This document shows positions 24,405 to 37,363 of a stretch of DNA of 64,000 nt, in pieces; the first letter of the stretch is position 1; each line of letters begins with the position of its first letter. Source of the stretch: Vitrella brassicaformis CCMP3155 (taxonomy: Eukaryota > Protista > Chromerida). A model generated the notes under the pieces. The model did not search any database. It was not told the origin of the DNA and saw nothing but the letters and a program-made list of their open reading frames with translations. The stretch spans positions 1-64,000 of the forward strand of contig CDMY01000359.1 in assembly GCA_001179505.1 (NCBI GenBank). Reading direction: 5' to 3'. A program made the translations under genes and the position numbers.

Positions 24405-25655
24405 AAAATCTGCAGATACAAATCTCTTCACAAACGTTTTCTGCATGTCTGATGATCAGAGAAAGCCCTCGATAAAGAGCAGCCCACGACCGGCCACATC
24501 TGATGCTGTGGAGGAGGGTTTAGGGAGTGGGGAGGGAGGGTGGGGGGGCTGTGTTGTGTCTGTCTGTGGTGGATTTCGGCCGTCCAGGGGGCGCGTTTTC
24601 ACGAATCAGTATGTAATACGCATTCACACACAGGTGTGTGCGCGGCTCGTATGTGTGTGTGTCCATGCAGGATCGGTGTCTACATTTTATATTTGGCGTG
24701 TCTCTTATGGCGGGAGCATCGTCACCGGCAGGGCAAGGGCCATCCCAACATCGTGAGCATCGTGGTACGGACACTAACGAGACGACGACAATGCGTGGTG
24801 GGATATCATGACACATCCATCGCTGTGTTGTGTGTGCAGGGATGGGAGTTCCGGAGCGGCTCTACATAACCTGCGCGGAGATAACAGAAGCTGAGAAGCG
24901 AAGAAGCTTGTCAGCTGTCCCCTGTCGCGAGCACAGTGAGCCCATTGTTGCGTTGCGACCGCCGCAGCTGCCGCACACTCAAGAATGTCACCATGAGAAC
25001 GGATGTTGCTTCGGGGGAGGTAAGGAGGGCACTGCACTCAGAAAGAAAGGCACTGCAGAATGCCCGTCTGAGTCATCGAATGGTGTTGTCTCCAGGGGGA
25101 GGAGGTTTTGTCAGAGGAGTCCGCCAGACTGCCAGAGGGGCTGCTACTCAGCCGCATGCAGCCCCCGTGTGCAGCAGCTCTGCGTAAGAGACACGGCATC
25201 AACACGACGGCCCTCTTTTCAACATGCAGTACTTACGCAGTGTGTGGCCGTGTTAACTGTGTGTGCAGGATGCCCTGTGCACCAAGCAGTGCCACCGCAT
25301 GTTCGAGCTGCAGCAGGAATGGACCTCCACCAAAGCCAGCTCATGCACCGTGGGTNNNNNNNNNNNNNNNNNNNNNNNNNNNNNNNNNNNNNNNNNNNNN
25401 NNNNNNNNNNNNNNNNNNNNNNNNNNNNNNNNNNNNNNNNNNNNNNNNNNNNNNNNNNNNNNNNNNNNNNNNNNNNNNNNNNNNNNNNNNNNNNNNNNNN
25501 NNNNNNNNNNNNNNNNNNNNNNNNNNNNNNNNNNNNNNNNNNNNNNNNNNNNNNNNNNNNNNNNNNNNNNNNNNNNNNNNNNNNNNNNNNNNNNNNNNNN
25601 NNNNNNNNNNNNNNNNNNNNNNNNNNNNNNNNNNNNNNNNNNNNNNNNNNNNNNN

Positions 25656-26292
25656 GGAAGAGGAGGGGGCCAGCGAGGAGACGCCCTTCCAGCGGGCGTG
25701 GAGGGAGACTTTTGAGAGAAACCAACGGCGCGAGCGGCTCAGACAGCAGGTCAGCTGCACCCACAATGCCCCATTCGATTGGAAGCTCTCAACTTTCTAA
25801 TGGTGTCCTGGTTGGCTTCTCAGTCCAAAAACAAGACAAAGACGTTCGAGGACCGACTGCGCGAGAGTTCCCACCGACACCTCCGCAAGGTCGCCGGCAG
25901 CGGCTACAGGAAGCCCCAGCCCAAGCTGCCCTCGGTGCCGGAGCAGACGAGAGGTGCGCTGAGACGATACGTCGAAAGACAAGCCGTGTGCCTGTCCTTC
26001 ACTGTCTGCTTCTGTGTCTCTCTCAGCCAAGAAGATCGTGCTTCCAAGGAAGGCGACGCTGGACGGCACGCTGCTGCCGGGAGCGAGGCCACCTGCCCCA
26101 AAACCGTTCCTGGTGGGTGTTGCGCGCCGCCCCCTGGACGGAACATTCCCGCCTCCCACCTTCAAGCCCTATAAAAGGAGCTCCGGTGTTTCCGATGACG
26201 AGATCTACAGGGCCACTCTCGTCACAATTGTATCATGTGTGTGATCAGGGAAAGCGAACGACGAGCGGCAGCCCAGGACGGTCCAACTTTGA
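25656..26292 (+). CDS. Family X copy 3 (5' end in gap)
   Basis: Shares copy-1-specific variants (SKNKTKTF, GTFPPPT) and the copy-1 tail, with a few differences at 25710-25750. Confidence 0.55.
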
Positions 26293-26722
26293 GCTCTCAG
26301 TTCCCTCCACCCTCTCACTGACCACCAGCCTTTCAACCCTCCAACTTGTGGAGGAGAGAGAGGAGACGGCTGTCTCTCTCTCTGTCGCTCGCTGTGTTGC
26401 ACATGTGGAGCACCAACCCACCCATTCAGTACGGTCAGAGTGTTGGGGGACTCTCTGGCTGTCTGATCTGACGGATCCTCTCAATCGTGCTCCTGCTCCT
26501 CCGTCGGTTGTTTTGTTTGTGCGCCGACCCCCGGTTCCAGCGACTATCAAAGGCTATAGGAACCAAGAGTACAGAAGAATACATAGTGAATGCACAGCAG
26601 AGGATAACACAACACGACACAGACACACACCCCATCTCTCTCACGGGTATGCTTTGTGTGGGCTGCGCCAACAGGAGTTTTACTATTTGGGCCACTCATC
26701 GGCCTGTCTTTGAAGGACATCG

Positions 26723-27665
26723 ATGGAGGCAACCGAAAAAGAAAACCCTCATACGAAAGGTAAGTTGGAGACGGAGGAGAAGAGCGGCAGGCATATGGAG
26801 TGTGACTTTCTCTGTGTCAGGTCTGTGATGATTAGCGAGGCCATGGTTGACGTCGACCTGCGCGACGAATTCGACCGTGATGAGGAGGTCATCAAGGAGG
26901 AGAAGAACGAGGAAGGGGAGACGGCCGACGAGGGAGAGGAGGAGACGGCGAGCGAGGAGGAGACGGTTAGCGAGGAGGAGGAGCACCAGCCGGCGGCAAC
27001 AGAGGGCTGCCGAACGCCGCCCTTACGTCTGCTGCCCCGACGCAGCACCTCCAGCGGCGCCCTGGTGCTCGAGGACCCCGATGAGAGGCTGCTGGCGGAG
27101 ATGCTCGAGGTGACTAGGAGAGTGGGCCAGTTCATGCAGGAGGTGAGCTGCACCGTCAACGCCACCGTTATGTTAAAAGCTTTTGACTTTCGATGGTGTC
27201 TTGGTGGCTTCTCAGTTTGCCGCCAAGGGCAACACGTTCCGGGAGCGCCTGCAGAGGCTTCGCCACAAGCACCTCCTGCAGCGACTGGGAGCTGCTTGAG
27301 GGAGGTTTCTCGGGACAAGGAGCCCTTTCTGCCACCGGTGCCCGAGAAAACGCCCGGTATGCTAAGAGATGCGTGCAGGCAGCGTTGCGTCTTGCCATGA
27401 TTCATTCACTGTCTGCTTATGTGTGTCTCTCTCAGCCAAGAAGGAGACACCGTTCAAGCAGAAGATGCTGGACGGCGAGACCCCGCTCCCATGGCGCCCA
27501 CCCTTCCTCGTCGGCATCCCCCGCCGTCCCCTTGACGGGACGTTTGGCCCACCCCCGACAGTCAAGCGGCCCAAGCCGCCCAAGCAGCCCGAGAAGAGAT
27601 CAAGTACGTCCGATTACGACATCTGCAGATACAAATCTCTTCACAAACGTTTTCTGCATGTCTGA
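26723..27665 (+). CDS. Family Y copy 2 with full acidic exon
   Basis: VDVDLRDEFDRDEEVIKEEKNEEGETADEGEEE...; same intron positions as Y1. The tail 27665-28050 repeats 24404-24840. Confidence 0.6.
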
Positions 27666-28224
27666 TGATCAGAGAAAGCCCTCGATAAGAAGCAGCCCAC
27701 GACCGGTTACCTCTGATTGCTGTGGAGGAGGGTTGAGTGGAGAGAGACGGTGGGGGGCTGTGTTGTGTCTGCTGTGGTGGTTTTCGGCCATCCAGGGGGC
27801 GCGCTTTCACGAATCAGTATGTAATACGCATTCAGACACACGTGTGTGCGCGGCTCGTATGTGTGTGTGTCCATGCAGGATCGGTGTCTACATTTTATAT
27901 TTGGCGTGTCTCTTATGGCGGGAGCATCGTGACCGGCAGGGCAAGGGCCATCGCAACACCGTGAGGATCGTGGTACGGACATTAACAAGACGACGACAAT
28001 GCGTGGTGGGATATCATGACACATCCATCGCTGTGTTGTGTGTGCAGGGGTCTACACAATCTGCGGCGATTACTTCAAGAGAGTCGCCAAACTGGCGGCC
28101 CGCTGGCTGATTCATTTAGACATGCCGTGGGGACAGCAGTACCAGAGCAAGAACTACTGCCTGGACAAAATGGGCGACGGCAGTATGGTACGTGAAGGCA
28201 CGGACAACGTGTGCAATAATTTTG

Positions 28225-28257
<33 letters not shown>

Positions 28258-28543
28258 CACATCCTGAGCAGAAAAGGAGTGAAGTCCGCAATGAGAAAGG
28301 CCGACGCAAAGACGCATGCAGGTTTCTGTGTCTCAAATCGGCGCTGCATTTTACATTTGGCGTGTCTCTCACGACTCACACAACGAGGGAGGAGGTAAGC
28401 TTACGCACAGAAATGCCCGGCTCCCACCTCTTTTCATGTTTTCATGTTTTGCCTCTGTTTGCATTCTGTCTGTTGTTTAGTGTCTTCTCTTTTTCTTCGA
28501 TCGCTGCGTACACTTTATATTTCGGCGATTCATTTTGCATCAG

Positions 28544-29689
28544 ATCAACAGCAGCTTCGAGGAGCACGCGAGGGGCACAATTAAGGATGCTGGTACGCAC
28601 CCACAAGACAGCTATTGTTCGTTTCCATCTCCACTTGCTGTCTGCATGTGTTCATCTATCTATCTCCGCAGTGATTTTGAGGACGGTGACAGCCCCTTTC
28701 CTTCGTCGTACGTGCAGAAGTGCCACCTCCACGACATCGCGACAATGGAATACCTTGAAGAGCACCAGCGGTATGCGGAGGCCAAGTACGCCTCCGAAAT
28801 GCGGCCATTACGCCATCGAATCGACAAGGCCTTCGAGGACCACAAGAGGGGTGCAATCGACGACTGTCAGCTGGCGGAGAGGCTTCACGAGCTTTCCATG
28901 AGGGAGAAGGCAGTAATGAAGGAGTATGAAGCCGCCCAACGGGAGATGAATCTGCTGTACGAGAAAGCGTCGAGGTGGGCCACACTGCACTGCAGAGTGC
29001 CATTCCATAAAAAGTGTGTGAATGAATGCCGGATGAGTTGAGAGAGATACTTACGGGATTCGGCGCCGACCCCCGTATCGATGAGCTTTGCGTACGTAAG
29101 GGGCACAGACCGATTGCCTTTGCAGCATACAAAGCGTTCCTTGCTGTGTGTCTTGTGCGTGTGCACATGCCATTGTGCTGAGTAGGAGCGAGAAGGCCAA
29201 GCTGGAGCGGCGGGCCGGCCCATCACCGCACGACATCAACTTGGTTAGTGCCCTAAGTGGCGAGGAGGTGCTGCTTAAGATCATCGACCCATCCCTGCAG
29301 CCGCCGACGCAGGCAAGTAGATAGAGTGGCTGGTACACAGAGGGAAGGGCTGGCTGGGTGGATGTGTGATGTCTGTGTGTGTGTGGTGGCGCCTGCAGAT
29401 GGTGGACATGTTTGGCCTTCCAGCGACGGGATTTGATATCATGATGGAGCACCCCGTCATCCCCGCCATGATCGACATCATAGTCCATGACGGCCTCAAG
29501 GGCGTTCTCATGGAGGGCGGAGGAGGTAGATAGATACGAATACACAGAGGCAGGTAGGCAGGTAGGTCATCTATCTTCTGTCCTTCAGTACCGTTGGTTG
29601 AGTACATTGAGACTGTCGCCACAACAATGGCGCAGGCGAATGCGGAGGGTGCGAGTGAGGAGATGGTGAGGGGGATAGGACGCGGCTGA
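28544..29689 (+). CDS. Coiled-coil module gene, unknown function
   Basis: Exons INSSFEEHARG / DFEDGDSPFPSSYVQKCHLHDIATMEYLEEHQRYAEAKY...EMNLLYEKAS / EKAKLERRAG...QPPTQ / MVDMFG...DIIVHDGLKGVLMEGGG / VPLVEYIETVA. Homologous to the minus-strand 51050-51540 segment. Confidence 0.55.
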
Positions 29690-29889
29690 CCAGGCGCCCT
29701 CGACTTCAGCAACGCCGCGGCGGGGTATGTTTGTATCGCTGCCTTCATTTTATATTACGTTTGCTCTTTGACTCTCAATGACGGACACGTTGGCGTGACG
29801 GGTCAGCCTCCACTTTGACGTGAGCTTAATGGATGAACAACAGGAAGGTACGTCCGTGAGCCAGATGAGATGCTGTTGGTTGGTTGCAG

Positions 29890-31260
29890 ATGTCACTGCC
29901 TGAGGAGCGCCGGACGGACAGCCGCACATTGGCCAACGAGGCGCGTGTTGACAAGGGGGCCCAGACAGCCGAAGGGAATGACGACAGCTGGCTGACAGAA
30001 GCACCACACCGCCAGCACATAGCCCCGGTCGATGAGGCTCACTTTCTTGCCACCGGTCAGTCAGTCAGTCAGTCGATCGACATAATGAATTGATGCAGGT
30101 GGTCAGAGGAACAATGTGAAGTCTGTCTCGCGGGCGAGTGCCACATGTCGAGGGCGACAGAGATACGGGTCGACGGATGGGGGGACGAGTCGGACGTTTC
30201 CGCCTGGGACTTCTTTTCAGGTATGACAGATCAGCCAACGAGACTAAACACGCCAAGTGAGACCATTGTTTTTCTTCGCTCATTCACTGCCTGCAGTGAA
30301 CACACCACAGGCCCCATACCTGCCCGACAACCACCAAGTCGTACAGGGTATCGCTCGGGCGGCGGCTGGGGGCGGACAGGGCACTGAGGAGGGCACTGAA
30401 GTGCCATCTATGGCAGCCAGGGAGATAGCAGGTAGGCACGAGGTCAGACAGACAAATCATGGCCGATAACCCTCACACGAGCCGTTCCCTCGTCTCCTTT
30501 CCTTCCCCGCCCCGCAGCGTTGCGCGAAAGTATCGCATGGCTTGAAGGACAGTTGAAGGAGAGTGGCGAGGAGTTGTTCAGGCTTCAGACGCTCATCAGC
30601 CAGCAGCAGGTAGGTATTCATTCGACTGCCAAAGTACGTCATAGATCCCTTTGGTTCCCGGTGCTTGCAGTCGTTGATGGCCAGGTCAGAGGAGCAGCTG
30701 AGTGAGCTCCGCCACCGTGTGCAATCGGAGACACACGAAGGAGAAGACGCCGTAAGGAGATGAGACAGAGATGGACATGAGAGACATGGCTTGCACTTCC
30801 ACTCATTTGCCAAACACCAGGCCCTGCCTGAGGACGGCAGCCTGCAGAGTGGGCGAGTGGCATATGTCCGACGGGTCGACGGATGGGGGGACGAGTCAGA
30901 CGTTTCCGCCTGGGACTTCCTTATAGGTATGACAGATCAGCTCACGAGACGCAAGACGAGACACGCCAAGTGAGACCTTCTGTTCTTCTATGGCTGCAGT
31001 CAACACACCAGAGGCCCCTCACCCGCCCGACATCCAGCACGACGGTACGGTTGCAGGTGAGTTCGGCAGACTAACTGACTCATCCATAGCACTCACTTGT
31101 CCTCTGCTTAACGATCTGCAGCTTGATGAGCCGAAAGCCGCCCCACCGCCCGCCAAACGATTGAAGAGGTTTGCCTTTGGTGGCCTGAGGGACAGCATGA
31201 AGTGGGGCGACAAACGAGCGTTTGGCGACCCCCCGAAGCTGCAATCAAGTACATAGCTAT
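29890..31260 (+). CDS. Charged/coiled-coil exon set (GGQGTEE..QTNHGR; ALRESIAWLEGQLKES; GWGDESDVSAWDF), possibly fragmentary
   Basis: Homologous to minus-strand 50020-50700. The GWGDESD segment is duplicated internally (about 30145-30240 and 30860-30940). Confidence 0.4.
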
Positions 31261-32979
31261 CTGAATCTGAAGGCCCGACACAACCTGATATTCTCATTGC
31301 TGCGTCTTTTCAGAGAGACAAACACGGGATGGATGCAGACGAGGAGAGGCTGCAGCTGGCTCGGCTGCACGTGGCCATCCCCACATGATACACACACTCT
31401 GTGTCACACAACGAAGGAGGAGGTAAGCTTACGCACAAAAATGCCCGTCTCCCACCTCACCCACCTGTTTTCATGTTGTGCCTCTGTTTGCATTCTGTCT
31501 GTTGTTTAGTGTCTTCCCTTTTCCTCGATCGCTGCGTACATTTTATATTTCGGTGATTCATTACGGCATCAGATCAACAGCAGCTTCGAGGAGCACGCGA
31601 GGGGCATAATTGAGGATGCATGTACGGGTTTTCCTATCTATTTGTGCTTCCTTCCTTACACGACCAGGGCGAGAATCGATGCAAAGAGAAGAAAAAGCTG
31701 ACAGAGAAGAAGGTCCCACTTTTCGGGGAGGCCGCGATGGAGGTGATTGATGACTGCCTCAGTCAGTCAACACGGAAGCGGAAAAAGCAAAGCGTCCCTG
31801 ATGGAAATGCTTGGCTGAATGGCTGGCTGACTGACTGGCTGGCTGTCTGGGTGACTGGATGGATGGATGGATGCTTAGAAACGAAATGGATGCGTGGGCA
31901 AAGTGGCCTTCTTGGTCCACCCTTTCTTGCATGAAAGCTGTCTGTGTGTTGCCTCTGTATTGTCTATGTGTCCGCCCGTGTTGCATTATGGTGCGTGCTT
32001 CTGGTGGTTTGGCCGGATGGATGGATGGGTGGGCGGGGGGGCGGTGCGTGAGGATGGCGTGGCCGACGTGTGTGATGCCTGCTTAGTCATGAGAGTGTCC
32101 CTTGCATGGCTGCATGCAGCGTGTCCGCAAGAGACACCTGCAAGCGCCGGTCGTGTGTGTGTGTGTTGCTTTCGTCTGCCTGCCGTAGGATTGTGGTGGT
32201 TGGCCGAGTGTGTGGATTTGCGTGTTATTGGCCTGTTGCGTGCGATCAGTCATGAGAGAGGTGTGCGTCTGAACGGGCGCATGCAGTGTGTTCCTGCGTA
32301 TCGCTGTCTTCATTTTATATCACGTTCGTTGGTTCTTCGACTCTCGATGAAGCTTAAGGACACGCTGGCGTGACAGGCGGATGTAATTAACGTCTCTGAT
32401 CACGCATGCGATGTCGTACACTGACAACCGGACACCAGTCTGGCAGCCACACCCACACACCCACCGTCCCAACCCTTCTCAGCTGTGTGTATGTATCAAT
32501 CAAACTGACAGACTGACAGGCACACAGGAGTTGTCATTCAACCATCAGCCATCATGCACCATGCACCATGCACCATGCACCATTCAGAGAGAGAGGCAAG
32601 CCAAGGCGAGAAGGTGGCAGGCAGGCAGGCAGGCAGGCAGTTTGTCCGCTGGATGCTTCTGAGTGGCATTGCAGTGACAGAGTCAGTGGAGAAACCGCCG
32701 ATCGCCCATCCACTTACAAAACAAACATAGGGGAGTCTTCACCAAGCAGACACACATACCCATGACACAAAATCGCAGTCAAACGGAAACACATACGCTG
32801 AAGAATGACACGCCCACAGACATGGGCAGATTCGCGACGCTTATCCATCCATCCATCCATCCACTGTGTTGACGCCATGAATGTCTGGCTGACAAAAGGA
32901 TGTCATCAAAAAAAGATTCGCTCAGCCCACCCCCCACCCACCCACCCACCATGCACCCACCCACCAACGCCTCATTCAT

Positions 32980-34147
32980 TCATTCATTTTCGATGTCATC
33001 GTCAAACCACTGCTCGAGGCCGAGCCCGTCAAAGTCCACGCCCATCGAGTCAGTCAGCCGCTGGGCTGCAGCCCAGCACTGTGGGTGCCGACCATAGCCG
33101 CCCTGCGCACGGGACACAGGCGTCTCGAACGAAAAGAGGTCCAGCAGAATGGGAGGAGCGGGGTCGATCAGGACGGCCATGCTCCCCTCCAGCACGTGCA
33201 GGACTGCCGCGTAGGTGTCCTCCGCCTTGTCGCCCGCCAGCACGATGTAGCGCTCTTGGTAGACCATCGGGGGATGCAAGTCGCCCTCCATGCGCGTGCA
33301 TTCGACGACGGTCTTGTTCTCGACCGGCTCGTTCAGCAGCTTCCGGCCGCCGTCCTCGTTGACCTGCCCCTGGGCCAGCCCACCTGCTGCGCTGGTGCTG
33401 GCCGTGATCCGTTGGGTGATGTAGCCGCTGAATGAGGGGTAGACGTGATAGAAGTCACCGCTATACTCGTTAGGTGTGACTGATGTGCGGATCACGGGGT
33501 CCTTAGCGTTGAACTGGAAGCCGGCTCGTAAGCGATTGATGTTGAGGTCCTCGGGCGGGCAGCACGGCGATGGCCTTGTCGCCGATGCGGTACTGGCGCC
33601 TTCGCAGCCGAGTCAGCCCGAGAGTGCCGTCCTGGTCAGTGCCCAGCTGCCCTCCGAATGCAGCGAATTGCTCGATGGCGTGTGGCATGTTGGACATGGC
33701 TCTCTTGTAGGGGAAGGCCAGGTGGAGGGATGAGGGGCACATGAGGACAGGCAGGCTGTTGCTGCCGCTGATCATGCGCTTGTTGCGGGCGATGTAGATG
33801 CCCTTGGTCCATCTCTTCCAGCCCTTGGTGACGTCCAACAGGTACGCCGACCGCACCAGATAGTCGAAGTAGCTGAGGCCGTCGGGCAGAGGAATGCTGC
33901 TTGGCTGACGCGACACGTCGAGCAGTCCGGTCATGCCCTCGGCCGCCAGAGATGCGTCGATGCGCCCGAGGATGAGTGCGGGTGTCACTCCGCTGTGGCC
34001 ATCGGCTTTGTTGGTGCGTCGCAGCGCCACGCAGCTGGCCAGATCAGAGCAGAGGAGGATGAGTGAGAAGATGATGTCATCGATGAGGCTGAAGAAGAAG
34101 CACATCCCATCGGGGGGAGGAACGGACGCTTTGTCAGCTGGCGGCAT
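32980..34147 (-). pseudogene. Lineage-expanded family member A with degenerate F-box-like N-terminus; frameshifted
   Basis: ORFs 33503-34147 and 32980-33495 join (AVLPEDLNINRLRAGF) if the 4-bp duplication GGGC GGGC at 33553-33560 is removed. Could also be an assembly error. Confidence 0.6.
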
Positions 34148-35235
34148 TGCGCCAGGGGGGAAACTCCTGTTCCCTTCCTGGGATGAGAGAGCGGGTTGAT
34201 TGTTCCTGTTCCTGTTCGGGAGATGAGCTCGCGTTGAGAAACCGTTACTGAGAAACCGTTAGCATCGCACTCTGTGTGTGTACGTGTCCGCGTCGCCGTG
34301 TGTGTTTTCCTGCAGGGGACGGCCCGACATCGTTGCCTTCGCCCGACATGTTTGCCTGCGCCACACGGAGGAGGAGATCTTTGGCGTCGAGCTGGGCGGG
34401 CATCATCTGGAGTGGCTGGTGGTGGTGGAGATGACCGACAAGAAGATCGCGGCGGCGCCGGTGCTGCCCTACATGTGAGGAGGCGAAGCATGGCGACGGA
34501 CGGACAGTCAGACAGACAGACAGATGGATGGATGGATGGATGGGAACGAGATACGTGTTTGCGTTTGCGTGTGTGTGTGTGTCGCCAGGTCAAGCCGTGA
34601 CATCGTGGCGCACAAGGACGGCCTGCTGTTCGCCGTCAAGCAGGGCAACACCCAACGATTTAGTCGCCCTTCTTCTGCTCATTGAGCGGACCTTTCCGGC
34701 AGAGAAGCAAAAGGTTGACGTGGGCGGCACGAGCCACGGCTGCGGCAGCTGTGGCACGGCGACAAGTTCGCTGCCGAAGCGACTGCCTGGGTACCAAGGG
34801 CGGATCGTGTATCCTGCTCTGCCTCTGGCTTCAACGAGGCTTCGTGTGTGCTTTTGTTGCATGCAGGTTGTGGGTGAGCGAAGTGGGTGCCTTCCTGCTA
34901 TTCTCTTTTCTGAGGGCATGCGCATGATGCAACAACGGACAGGCTGAGACTTCACGTTTGTGTCGATCCGTCTATGTGAGAGCTTTATCAGTACCCGCCC
35001 TAGTGACGTGCACACTCTATCCATAAAAGACAGACAGCGTTCAAAACGGGCAATCGAAACATCTATCTGCAGGCGGCCACACGGATGTTGTCTGTACATC
35101 GTCATACCCACATACGCCGGCCTCATCTGAGCACTATGACGACACACGTGCATCTACCCAGCAACGCTATGCAGCCCGGCAGGCAGAGTGGATGAGTCCT
35201 GCTCTTAGAAACGACTCCAACGACTACAGAGAGGT

Positions 35236-36297
35236 CTAGGTTCTCTCTCCGAACACATCCTTCATCAGCAGCTCGCCCAACACATTCCCCACGGCAGAGC
35301 GTGTGAGGCGATAGGGGGATGCCTCGGTGGTGTAGATGCCAATACTGTGGTCGTTCAGCCTGATGGCCGCGATGTCCTGCATCCCAATGGTCACCACCAC
35401 CAGCCGATAACGCCGACGCCGCTCTCCTCGCTCCCAAACCTCATCGAAGACTCCTGGGCTTGCCGCCCACTCTTTGCTGTTGCGAGGGGTCGCCAGCAAC
35501 TCCTGCAGCCTATCGGCTGCAGCACGAGAGAGAGAGTATTCAAGAGTGACGCGATCTTGACGCATGCAGCCGCCATGACGGAGCCATGCGAACAAGATGA
35601 AGACCACCATGGCTGTGTAGGTGCTGTACACGTGGCCGCAAAGTCGTGTCGGAGGGTCCTCGGGCTCGAATATGTCAGGGAAGAGGGAGCTGGGGGCCAT
35701 CAGGAGGGTGGGAAGACAGTACACGTACTTGTAGAGGGGGCGAATAGTGTCGCCGTCCATCAGCCGAACGGCATCCCCCACACCACTATCGTCCACAGTC
35801 AGCCCCCAGCTCAGAATCTTCCACAGGCGTGGCGCCTCCCTCTCGCTCATAAACGCCGCTCGGCTGTCGAACAAGCCGAAATTGCCGTCGCCCAGCACCA
35901 GTGGTCCCTTGCGATGCAGATGATACAGCATGATCAGCACGAGCCTCCATCGAGCCCACTTGCCGCCATGGCACAGCATGAAGAACCGTCGCGTCAGCCG
36001 CTCCAGGAGGGCACTGCTGGCCACTGCAGCGGCCACCCCCTGCGCCACTTGGGGAATGGGCACATCCACCAGGACACCGAAGATGCCGGCAACCACAATG
36101 GGCAGCAAGCGGGTCAAGAGGGGTATGAGCATGGCGGGCGTGAGGGATGCGTGGCGAGTCCGGTCGATGAGGCGCAGGTTGGCCGTCTCTTTGTAGTTGT
36201 TGCCGAGGCACTTGGCGAAGATCGGCGTGACCACGCCAGGGACGGCATCAAAGCCCTCCGGCTGTGTGCGGCCTGCCACCGGGACACACACACACAA
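35236..36297 (-). CDS. Lineage-expanded family member B (~350 aa)
   Basis: Long single ORF. Shares the FFMLCHGGKWARW and VYSTYTAMV motifs with the other three paralogues. F-box-like N-terminal segment is tentative. Confidence 0.7.
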   Translation of the reverse strand: MCVCVPVAGRTQPEGFDAVPGVVTPIFAKCLGNNYKETANLRLIDRTRHASLTPAMLIPLLTRLLPIVVAGIFGVLVDVPIPQVAQGVAAAVASSALLERLTRRFFMLCHGGKWARWRLVLIMLYHLHRKGPLVLGDGNFGLFDSRAAFMSEREAPRLWKILSWGLTVDDSGVGDAVRLMDGDTIRPLYKYVYCLPTLLMAPSSLFPDIFEPEDPPTRLCGHVYSTYTAMVVFILFAWLRHGGCMRQDRVTLEYSLSRAAADRLQELLATPRNSKEWAASPGVFDEVWERGERRRRYRLVVVTIGMQDIAAIRLNDHSIGIYTTEASPYRLTRSAVGNVLGELLMKDVFGERT

Positions 36298-37363
36298 ACC
36301 GAGTAGTACGCCTGCATGCCTCCCATCATCTGCACGGTCACGGCTACCTGCAGCAATTGGTGACGCGGACGAGTGTCGCTTGCAGAGGCAGCCCCTTCAT
36401 GAGCAGTGTCCGACATCTGTGTATCACACACACACACACAGAGAGAGAGAGGAACAATTGTTCCTCCGAGTGGCTCTCTTTCCCTTGCCATACCTCAGCG
36501 GGTGCCCTTGGGCTGCAGGTGGTCGAGATCTGTTCCTTCTGTGAGCTGGGCTTCTCTCCTTCTCCGTTGCTCACAGCCACCACACCGACAAAAGCCAATG
36601 CCTGCCAAGATCTGCTGCAACACACGGAAATAAGGAGAATTGTTATCGTGTATGCCCTCGGCTCTTCCTGTCCCGCCATCTCTCACCCCAAATCGTCAGA
36701 ATGGCATCCACCATATGGAGGTGGTGACACTGACGCAGATCGATATCATCTCGAAGGCTCTTGATGCGTCACACAGCAGCTCCACACAGCCACGGCGTCA
36801 TCATCGTCTGAAGAAAGAAGCAATTTTTTCTGCATCTAAGCTCGCAGGATGAAGTGAAGTGAAGTGGAACCGCTGCTGAAGTGAAGTGAAATAAAGGCGA
36901 AGTGTGGTGACACGGGTCAATGAAAGAATCGCCTCACATACCTCACATATATGTCCAGCTCCGCAAACGCAATACAAAACGGCAAACAAACGTGCTTCAC
37001 ACACAAGACACATCCAGGCAGTCATCCATCCATCCATCCATCCAAGACACTCTCGCACCTCCATCCACAGTCAGCCTGTCTGTGTGGGACGGCTGGCATG
37101 GTCCCGCCATCCTCACTCACAAGCAGACAGCAGACCGACGGCCATTCTCCCCGACCACGCCAGCCACACAGTCTGCCTGCGGTGTGTGAGTCGACACACA
37201 TCCACACGCCCCACACTTATAGACACACATGTACAGCAGACAGCCGGCCACGAGACGTACACAAATGCTCCCTGCGTATGTCAAGGTGCGCACACAGCCG
37301 TCCGTCAGTGGCGGCGTACACCCACCCATCCACCGCCCCGGCATCCCCATCACCAATCACCAA

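Noticed and set aside
34300-34680. Possible plus-strand exon pair (PDIVAFARHVCLRH...; SRDIVAHKDGLLFAVKQG)
   Set aside because: No start, stop or recognisable motif could be established. Too weak to call.
35347-36306. Long antisense ORFs (35347-36306 +, 38247-39062 +, 40799-41827 -, 61347-62102 +)
   Set aside because: Shadow frames of GC-rich coding sequence on the opposite strand, with no independent motifs.
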